From positions 1 to 35,731 of IMG/VR virus record IMGVR_UViG_3300046779_000647: 35,731 bases of DNA; one strand, written 5' to 3'. The notes below the pieces were generated by a model. That model was not told the origin of the DNA. It saw nothing but the letters and a program-made list of their open reading frames with translations, and ran no database searches. The DNA is from a virus (taxonomy: Duplodnaviria; Caudoviricetes). The position numbers were made by a program, and so were the translations under genes. Of this stretch, positions 1 through 6,654 are shown one piece after another; the first letter of the stretch is position 1, and the number at the start of each line of letters is the position of its first letter.

Positions 1-133
1 AACTGGGGACTATATTTGTCTACATGAAGTGTGTCTGTCTTTACAAAACTTTACAAAGAACCTAGGGAAAACCCTAATGGTAAAGACAAAAAAGATAGGC
101 ACAATAGAGTTATATCAACACACGGAGCACACA

Positions 134-217
134 ATGCAAACATTCATTCAACAGTTACTAGCGGCGATGTTCTTTGCTGCCTGCGTCTTTGTCCCTTTTT
201 ATCTCTGGAGCATGTAA
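134..217 (+). CDS. small hydrophobic early protein (27 aa, MQTFIQQLLAAMFF...)
   Basis: ATG at 134 preceded by GGAG; one hydrophobic segment; followed closely by next ATG at 219. Confidence 0.5.
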   Translation: MQTFIQQLLAAMFFAACVFVPFYLWSM

Positions 218-218
218 C

Positions 219-380
219 ATGGAATATTTCTACACACGCTATGAAGCAAAAAAAGCACATCCTAACGCTATTATTAGGAAGGTATTGAATCATCATGTAA
301 ACGCCAATGCGGGACAATATACTGTGTTTTATGATTGGACAACTTATGATACGTGGAAGCGTTGTGGACATGTAAAGTGA
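219..380 (+). CDS. hypothetical early protein (MEYFYTRYEAKKAH...)
   Basis: ATG at 219 with GGAG upstream; tiles with neighbours. Confidence 0.55.
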   Translation: MEYFYTRYEAKKAHPNAIIRKVLNHHVNANAGQYTVFYDWTTYDTWKRCGHVK

Positions 381-462
381 CAATTCAACTTGTAACCTCT
401 GAAGTCTCGGAGGTTACTGGGTGCACTGTCGCATCATTTCAACACTTGCAAAGGATTCGCAC

Positions 463-757
463 ATGAGTAACTCTACATACAATGGTTGGACTAACTACGC
501 TACTTGGCGCGTCAATCTTGAAATCTTTGATGGTATGTCTCCAAGGGATATTACAGGGCGCTCGGTTCCGTGTGTATCCGAATTAAGTGACGCCCTGCAA
601 GAGTGGGCAGAGGAAATCATCGATAACGACACGCCTGATGGGGGGGCTGGCAAGGGACTATGCCATGGCTTTCCTGAGCGATGTAAACTGGCATGAAATT
701 GCTAATAACATGCTTGTAGACTTGGAAGAAGAAGAAACCGAAGGGGAAGAAGCATGA
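463..757 (+). pseudogene. YNGWTNYxTW-type phage early protein interrupted by a +1 frameshift in a G7 tract (640-646)
   Basis: Frame 1 gives MSNSTYNGWTNYATWRVNLEIFDG...; the +1 frame continues LARDYAMAFLSDVNWHEIANNM...EEA* and ends at TGA 755-757, overlapping the next ATG (ATGA). Confidence 0.7.
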
Positions 758-1212
758 TAAAGCTACAACACGAAACCACGAAATACACCGTAACTGAAAC
801 TAACGCAGGAAAGTATCGCAAGATATTTGATAGTGGGAAGTTTCCTAAGATCAAAAGCCCTCAAAACACACCTATTCGGAGAGATTATCCGGTTTTCTAT
901 GCTGGAATGACAACTGCGGACTATGTGCACCTTTTTAACAGACAATTTGATGCAATTCATGTTAAGTTGCAACACGAATGCGAAAACTACTATAAACCCG
1001 CTCCAATGCTTGATGCTACGTTTCCCGAAGTGGTGGAGGATGTCGATCCGGATTATGTGGAGCCCATGAGAGCCGCTAAACCAAAGAAAACCGCTACTAC
1101 TGCACAGTTACGCAAAGCCTGCCAATGTGCCTTAGATTTACTGGAAAACCCTGATGCTGATGCTTTTGATGCAAATCAGGTTATAAAACAACTTCGTGAG
1201 GTTTTAGCATGA
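754..1212 (+). CDS. hypothetical early protein
   Basis: 152-aa ORF with ATGA overlaps at both ends. Confidence 0.7.
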   Translation: MIKLQHETTKYTVTETNAGKYRKIFDSGKFPKIKSPQNTPIRRDYPVFYAGMTTADYVHLFNRQFDAIHVKLQHECENYYKPAPMLDATFPEVVEDVDPDYVEPMRAAKPKKTATTAQLRKACQCALDLLENPDADAFDANQVIKQLREVLA

Positions 1213-1310
1213 GTGACCCATACTGGCCATTCCCGACTGAGCCTGAAAAGCCAGTCAAAAATAAACCTATTCCTTTTAACCCTGATAACTTCGAGGATGC
1301 ACCGCTATGA
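1209..1310 (+). CDS. small Pro-rich protein (MSDPYWPFPTEPEKP..., 33 aa)
   Basis: Fills the gap exactly with ATGA overlaps at both ends; WPFP motif is common in small phage proteins. Confidence 0.65.
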   Translation: MSDPYWPFPTEPEKPVKNKPIPFNPDNFEDAPL

Positions 1311-1531
1311 AAAACACCGAAGAATATTTGTATAAGCATGAATTCTGCACTGAAGATCTTAAGTGTGTTTTCACCCGACAGATTGACCGATATGGAGAAC
1401 CTTACACGGAGCTTACTGCTGTGTATCTCAAAGGTGTGGACATTCAAGGTTTATTGTCTGACGATGTTGAAAAGCGCATCTATCAATCATTCGAGGATTA
1501 CTTGAAGAGCTTGGAGGACTTCTATGCTTGA
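1307..1531 (+). CDS. hypothetical protein
   Basis: ATGA coupling, GAGG RBS. Confidence 0.65.
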   Translation: MKNTEEYLYKHEFCTEDLKCVFTRQIDRYGEPYTELTAVYLKGVDIQGLLSDDVEKRIYQSFEDYLKSLEDFYA

Positions 1532-1778
1532 AAGAATCAATAAACTGATGGATTTCTTCGCACCTTTGGTGCTTTGTGTCTTGTCTTTGATGCTTGGATG
1601 GTGCATCCATGAGCTTCAAGACAGGTTAGAGCATTCCAATGCAAGTAACCTATGCTTCAGCAAGGGACACATTGATGCCTATCTGTCTAAGTTGGAAGAC
1701 GGGGAATTTGTGTGCTTCAGGGAGGATTTAAACAAGAAAAGAATCACTAAGAGTGCATTAGTAATTGACAAGGAGTAA
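1524..1778 (+). CDS. hypothetical membrane protein (one N-terminal TM segment)
   Basis: GGAGG RBS; hydrophobic FFAPLVLCVLSLMLGWCI. Confidence 0.65.
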   Translation: MLERINKLMDFFAPLVLCVLSLMLGWCIHELQDRLEHSNASNLCFSKGHIDAYLSKLEDGEFVCFREDLNKKRITKSALVIDKE

Positions 1779-1781
1779 AAA

Positions 1782-2204
1782 ATGGAAGTTAACATTAAAA
1801 ACAAACATATTTATGGTAACGCTGTGGTTTATGATAACTCTAGGGTTTATGATAACGCTCTGGTTTATGGTAACGCTGTGGTTTATGGTAACTCTAGGGT
1901 TTATGGTAACTCTAGGGTTTATGATAACGCTGTGGTTTCTGGTAACGCTTGGGTTTCTGGCGAAGGGGAGATTAAAAAGACAGGCGATTATTTGGTGATA
2001 GGCCCTGCAAAATCATCCGGAAGGTTTACAACCGCACATATTGATAGAAAAATAGGTGTTCGGGTTAACTGTGGATGCTTTAGCGGGTCTTTGAAAGAGT
2101 TTTCAGAAGCTATTGAAAAGACACATAAAGACAATCAAGAACATCTAGAGCAATATCGTTTGTTCTGTCAGTTGATCGCGTTTAACTTCGGAGTTAAAGA
2201 ATAA
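1782..2204 (+). CDS. hexapeptide-repeat (left-handed beta-helix-like) phage protein
   Basis: AAGGAG RBS; ~9 V-Y/S-G/D-N-A/S-x repeats; C-terminal VNCGCFSGSLKEF...H motif typical of this phage family. Confidence 0.8.
   Translation: MEVNIKNKHIYGNAVVYDNSRVYDNALVYGNAVVYGNSRVYGNSRVYDNAVVSGNAWVSGEGEIKKTGDYLVIGPAKSSGRFTTAHIDRKIGVRVNCGCFSGSLKEFSEAIEKTHKDNQEHLEQYRLFCQLIAFNFGVKE
1809..1970 (+). repeat. 18-bp tandem coding repeat, ~9 degenerate copies
   Basis: Units such as GTTTATGGTAACGCTGTG and GTTTATGGTAACTCTAGG. Confidence 0.9.
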
Positions 2205-2296
2205 ACGCTCAGGAACGCATTAAAACAGCCCTAGGAGCGTTTATTTTAGAAAGTTAATACCCTGACTAGGGTAGACCATTAAAAAGGCTTAAAACC

Positions 2297-2509
2297 ATGA
2301 TTTCAGAGATTGACTTACAAGACTGGGTGATTTACCCAACAACAACCTTAAACAAGGTGAAGGACGGGGAACATTTCAGTTTGAACGGAATGATTTATCA
2401 GTTAAAATCCAAGGAAGGGTTGTTTACGGTTTGCTATGATCTGAATGGACGAATGGCGAACTTCAATGTATTTTTAGACGTAAACCCACTGAAAAGAAAG
2501 GAAAACTAA
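2297..2509 (+). CDS. hypothetical protein
   Basis: 70-aa ORF abutting next gene. Confidence 0.6.
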   Translation: MISEIDLQDWVIYPTTTLNKVKDGEHFSLNGMIYQLKSKEGLFTVCYDLNGRMANFNVFLDVNPLKRKEN

Positions 2510-2752
2510 ATGCATTGTCGCGCATGTGACACTCTTTTGAGTGACTTTGAATCTACTCGCAGGAATGCGAATACATTTGAGTTTGTAGACCTTTGCAATT
2601 CTTGCTTTAAGGAGGTGAAACACATCATACCAGTGATCGAGCGTAAAGACCTTGTCACCAGTGTGGACATTGATGACGATCTGGACACTGAAAGCCAAGT
2701 AGAGGACTATATAGACTCTAAAGTATATAAATACATTAATGATATAGAATAA
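2510..2752 (+). CDS. small zinc-ribbon-like protein with acidic tail
   Basis: CRAC...CNSC pairs; AAGGA RBS. Confidence 0.7.
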   Translation: MHCRACDTLLSDFESTRRNANTFEFVDLCNSCFKEVKHIIPVIERKDLVTSVDIDDDLDTESQVEDYIDSKVYKYINDIE

Positions 2753-2860
2753 ATTATATTTTATACATTAAAGAAATACATACATTAAAGTATACTATAT
2801 AGTAGAGCAACATTCATGCCGTTTATTGGAAATAAACTAAGTGTAAATGAAAATTTACAC
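2720..2860. other. AT-rich repeat region, candidate replication origin or regulatory locus
   Basis: ATACATTAA at 2731, 2763 and 2780; hairpin GTGTAAAT-GAAA-ATTTACAC at 2841-2860. Confidence 0.45.
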
Positions 2861-2878
2861 GCAAACTTAAGGAAACTT

Positions 2879-3034
2879 ATGACAGACGAAGAATTGACAC
2901 AAATGCTTGAAGAATCATGGTATTTTTCAGTTATTGAAGACATTGTCAAACTATTTGAAGCATACGGAAAGGATAATGTCTTAACCGATGTTACCAATCG
3001 TTTGATTGAAATTGAAAACCAGGGGAAACAATGA
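2879..3034 (+). CDS. hypothetical protein
   Basis: ATG 2879 after AAGGA. Confidence 0.6.
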   Translation: MTDEELTQMLEESWYFSVIEDIVKLFEAYGKDNVLTDVTNRLIEIENQGKQ

Positions 3035-3097
3035 TTTTGTCTCTGTTTGTTTTTGTCTTAACCATCATAAAGGTGTCACTTAAGTGACAATTAAGCC

Positions 3098-3283
3098 ATG
3101 AAAATCATCATTGAGTACAATTTACCAGAGGAAGCGTTCTTGTTCTCTTGTGCTGAGCAAGCGGTACACAATAGAATGCTCCTAGAATCGATTAAAACCA
3201 CCCTAGAAGCTCACGATAAGCACTCGGTAGTACCGGAGGTAGTGGTGCAGGAAATAAAGGCTCAAATGAGGGGATTTAAATGA
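3098..3283 (+). CDS. hypothetical protein (MKIIIEYNLPEE...)
   Basis: 61-aa ORF with an N-terminus typical of small phage proteins. Confidence 0.6.
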   Translation: MKIIIEYNLPEEAFLFSCAEQAVHNRMLLESIKTTLEAHDKHSVVPEVVVQEIKAQMRGFK

Positions 3284-3340
3284 ATGTTTCCACCAACAAC
3301 ATGAAGCAACAATGTGTCGCAAAACCTTAGGAGAAACGAC

Positions 3341-3838
3341 ATGAGCATAGAAGCAATGAAATTGGCATTGGAGGCGTTGGAGCGTTTGAAAGCCTATGGG
3401 AATGTGTTTCGGTTTCGCCAAGACGAGCAGAATCCCTACGATCAAGCCTGCGAAGCCATCGCCATTCTCCGCACCGCCATAGAGCAGGCTGAGAAGCAGG
3501 AGCCTGTAGCGTTTCGTTACTGTTGCCATTCTTGTTTCAAAGCCAACGGAGGGATGATGCTTGACCGCATGATTCTTTGTCCTGAATGCGGCAACAAGCG
3601 GTGTCCTAAAGCCAGCGACCACAATTTTTCATGCACCGGCAGTAACGAACCGGGGCAATTGGGAAGCATCTACACCACCCCATTGAATCCAGTGGATTCA
3701 ATTAAGTCCAGCAAGACGCTGGACGCACAACCACAGCGTGAGCGAGTGATATTCCCAACCATGCTTCGCAAGATGTGGTCAGGCGGCGAGGTGCAAGCAT
3801 GGCTTGACGAGAACGTCAACAAGGAGAAGAACACATGA
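3341..3838 (+). CDS. modular phage protein with Cys-rich insert
   Basis: AGGAG RBS; EAMKLALEAL...QEPVA linker; CCHSC / CPECGNKRCPKA..H..C. Confidence 0.7.
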   Translation: MSIEAMKLALEALERLKAYGNVFRFRQDEQNPYDQACEAIAILRTAIEQAEKQEPVAFRYCCHSCFKANGGMMLDRMILCPECGNKRCPKASDHNFSCTGSNEPGQLGSIYTTPLNPVDSIKSSKTLDAQPQRERVIFPTMLRKMWSGGEVQAWLDENVNKEKNT

Positions 3839-4059
3839 TCGCAGATGAAGGATGCGCTGAACGGGGATGCCCAATGCACGACAACCGAGAAACCCCTGGA
3901 GTGGTGATGGTGTCTAAGCGTGAATTTGTTGGGCTGACGGACGAGGAGATCGAGAAGGTCTGGAACGGCATCGGGTACAGCAAGCCGTGGAGCGAGTACC
4001 GCATTGTGGTTTCCCGCGCGATTGAAGCCAAACTCAAGGAGAAGAACAGTGCTACATGA
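3835..4059 (+). CDS. modular phage protein (VGLTDEE...AIEAKLKEKN type)
   Basis: AAGGAG RBS; ATGA overlap. Confidence 0.65.
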   Translation: MIADEGCAERGCPMHDNRETPGVVMVSKREFVGLTDEEIEKVWNGIGYSKPWSEYRIVVSRAIEAKLKEKNSAT

Positions 4060-5641
4060 GACAACCTCAGAGTTTGTAAGGCACATCGCCTGTGAGCATT
4101 GTGGTAGCTCTGATGCGAACGCTCTCTACACTGATGGTCATTCGTATTGCTTCGCTTGCGGAACAATAGAGTCGTTAGAGGAAGCAGTTGCTAGTTATCA
4201 ATCTAAACCAAAGACACAAATGAAACTCGAAGGCGAAGTAAAACCAATCCCTGATCGGGGAATCACCAGGGAAACCTGTGAGTACTACAAGGTCACTCAG
4301 ACTGGACAGAAGCATATCTATCCGTACACTGATGAATCTGGAGCTTATATAGCCTCCAAGGTGCGTACAGTGGCAAATAAGAGCTTCTCGGTAGAGGGAC
4401 AATGGGGTAAGGCAACCTTGTTTGGACAATCTTTGTTTCACAAAGGAGGCAAGTATGTGACTGTTGTAGAAGGTGAGCTAGACGCACTAGCGGCCTTCCA
4501 AATGCTTGGAAGCAAGTGGCCTGTGGTATCCATCAGGAACGGCGCACAAGCTGCTCTGAAGGATTGTAAAGCTAACTTTGAATGGTTGGATGCTTTTGAG
4601 AACGTGGTAGTCTGCTTTGATGCTGATGAGCCGGGGAAGAAAGCCTCAGAAGAGGTTGCAGAGCTGTTTGGCTCCAAAGCCAAGATCGTTAAGCACATTA
4701 AACAGTGTAAGGACGCCTGTGATTACCTCATTTCTGGAGAAACTACCTCATTTGTTAACTCTTGGTGGAAGGCAGAGACTTATGTGCCTGATGGCATTAT
4801 TGCTGCCAGCTCACTATGGGAAGAAGTAAGCACACCAGAGAAGGCAGCAGAGGCTCTGTATCCATTTAAGGGTCTAAATGGGTTACTTTATGGTTTACGC
4901 CCTGCTGAGCTCATTACAGTCACCGCAGGCTCTGGCTTGGGTAAGAGCCAGTTCTTGCGAGAGATTCTCTTTAACATCTTGAACACCACGAAGTGGAACA
5001 TTGGTGGTATGTTCTTGGAGGAATCTGTGCGTAAGACTGCCAGGAGCATCATGAGCTTGAAGGCTAACAAACTATTGCACTTACCGGACACCAAAGTCTC
5101 TAACGAGGAACTCAAAGATGCTTTCGACCATACTCTTGGCACTAACAGGATTTTTCTGTTTGACCATTTCGGTAGCACTTCTGCTGATAATATTATCAAT
5201 CGTATCAGGTACATGGCTAAGGCTTGTGATTGTCGCATCGTGTTTCTTGACCATTTATCTATCATCATCTCTGGTCAAGATGCTGGAGATGAGCGTAAAG
5301 CCATTGATGTGTTGATGACTCGCTTGCGTACACTTGTGCAGGAACTAGAGATTACGCTTATTGTTGTATCTCACCTTAAACGACCTAACGGCAACCAAGG
5401 ACACGAGGATGGGCAGGCAGTCTCTCTGAGTCAACTACGAGGCTCTGGTGCTATCGCTCAGCTCTCAGACGCTGTGATTACCCTGGAGAGGAACTCCATG
5501 AGCGCTGATGCTACTGAGAGGCATACCACCAAGGTAGCGGTAGCTAAGAATCGTTATAGCGGGCTTACTGGTCCTGCCTGTGACCTGCGCTACGATGTAG
5601 ATAGTGGTAGAATGTTTGAAGTAACTATGGAGGAACTATGA
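4049..5641 (+). CDS. T7 gp4-like primase-helicase
   Basis: Zn finger CEHC...CFAC; TOPRIM VEGELD and FDADEPG; Walker A AGSGLGKS; DHL and LRGSGAIAQLSD; KNR; probable GTG start at 4049 after AAGGAG. Confidence 0.96.
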   Translation: MLHETTSEFVRHIACEHCGSSDANALYTDGHSYCFACGTIESLEEAVASYQSKPKTQMKLEGEVKPIPDRGITRETCEYYKVTQTGQKHIYPYTDESGAYIASKVRTVANKSFSVEGQWGKATLFGQSLFHKGGKYVTVVEGELDALAAFQMLGSKWPVVSIRNGAQAALKDCKANFEWLDAFENVVVCFDADEPGKKASEEVAELFGSKAKIVKHIKQCKDACDYLISGETTSFVNSWWKAETYVPDGIIAASSLWEEVSTPEKAAEALYPFKGLNGLLYGLRPAELITVTAGSGLGKSQFLREILFNILNTTKWNIGGMFLEESVRKTARSIMSLKANKLLHLPDTKVSNEELKDAFDHTLGTNRIFLFDHFGSTSADNIINRIRYMAKACDCRIVFLDHLSIIISGQDAGDERKAIDVLMTRLRTLVQELEITLIVVSHLKRPNGNQGHEDGQAVSLSQLRGSGAIAQLSDAVITLERNSMSADATERHTTKVAVAKNRYSGLTGPACDLRYDVDSGRMFEVTMEEL

Positions 5642-5850
5642 GTAAATCTGATGGAGGTAAAGGCAGCTCTCCTCGTCCTTTTAGTGTTTCTAACGAGGAA
5701 TACGCTAAGCGTTGGGAGGCTATCTTTGGTAGGGAAGACGTAGAGAAGATCGTTAAGGATGCTGAGAAGTATCTGAAGGAACAAAAGCGAACTACTCAAA
5801 GCATTGAGCGTTTAGAGAAGAGCTTAAAGGAGAACACTAATGAGCGATAA
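5638..5850 (+). CDS. small phage protein (DGGKGSxPRP...W..IF type)
   Basis: GGAGG RBS; ATGA overlap. Confidence 0.7.
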   Translation: MSKSDGGKGSSPRPFSVSNEEYAKRWEAIFGREDVEKIVKDAEKYLKEQKRTTQSIERLEKSLKENTNER

Positions 5851-6070
5851 TACAGGTGGGCCAGCGTTTCCTGTTGTTGGACACTTTTATGGCGACAAGC
5901 TGGTGGGGCAACTGAATCATGGCATGACCATGCGAGACTACTTTGCGGCTAAGGCTATGCAGGAATTGATGACATACAAAGACCGGCCGGCATACCTTCG
6001 ACCTGTTGATGAAGTGGCAACTGATGCCTACGAAATGGCAGACGCAATGCTGAAAGCGAGAGAACAATGA
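5840..6070 (+). CDS. small phage protein (GGPAFP...GMTxRDYFAAKAMQ...ADAML type)
   Basis: Recognisable motif set; AAGGAG RBS. Confidence 0.75.
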   Translation: MSDNTGGPAFPVVGHFYGDKLVGQLNHGMTMRDYFAAKAMQELMTYKDRPAYLRPVDEVATDAYEMADAMLKAREQ

Positions 6071-6213
6071 TTGAGCATGTCATTGTTGGAGCCACAGGAG
6101 TGGGTTACGCTATTGTGGGGGCATTGAGGTTCTACAAAGGTGACTACGACAATGGGCTTGTGTGGACTGGCTATGCCTTGGCACAGATTGGACTTTGGAG
6201 GCTAATTAAATGA
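6067..6213 (+). CDS. small membrane protein (48 aa, MIEHVIVGATGVGY...)
   Basis: ATGA overlaps at both ends; two hydrophobic segments. Confidence 0.65.
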   Translation: MIEHVIVGATGVGYAIVGALRFYKGDYDNGLVWTGYALAQIGLWRLIK

Positions 6214-6473
6214 CAAAAGATGACATTATCCGCATGGCTTTAGAGGCTGGATTGGGGCCGTTTGAAATGAATTGTGCGTTAGCCCATGTAGAAGACCTTG
6301 AACGCTTCTTCCACATGGCTCAAGCTGCCGAACGAGAGGCGTGTGCAAAGGTGGCAGATGAAATGACCATGCCTGATTGGGTAAATGAACAAATAGCAAA
6401 AGCCATCCGACATCGATCAGAGATCGACTCAATCGTTCAAAATGAACGATCAGCAAGAGGTAACGATGATTGA
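6210..6473 (+). CDS. small phage protein (MTKDDIIRMA...AEREACAK type)
   Basis: GGAGG RBS; recurrent phage motif. Confidence 0.7.
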   Translation: MTKDDIIRMALEAGLGPFEMNCALAHVEDLERFFHMAQAAEREACAKVADEMTMPDWVNEQIAKAIRHRSEIDSIVQNERSARGNDD

Positions 6474-6654
6474 CCTAGACACCTTAGTTCACCGCATGAT
6501 GGATCTTGAAACCAAGTATTATGAGTTACAATCGAAGTACCAGACACTTATTCACCAATACGAAGAACTGAAAGCCTCGCATGAGAATTGCCCTGGACAT
6601 AGAAACGAACTTGGCACACGATACGATCCATTTGTGCGTCACCAAAAACCTTGA
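6466..6654 (+). CDS. small coiled-coil protein
   Basis: GAGG RBS before ATG 6466; heptad pattern; 3' end overlaps the polymerase gene. Confidence 0.55.
   Translation: MIDLDTLVHRMMDLETKYYELQSKYQTLIHQYEELKASHENCPGHRNELGTRYDPFVRHQKP

Noticed and set aside
1809-1970. Possible CRISPR or mini-array
   Set aside because: Contiguous 18-bp coding repeats with no unique spacers
1765-1998. Hydrophobic repeat ORF (MVTLWF...) in another frame
   Set aside because: Shadow of the 18-bp repeat; the 1782 frame has the RBS and the family C-terminal motif
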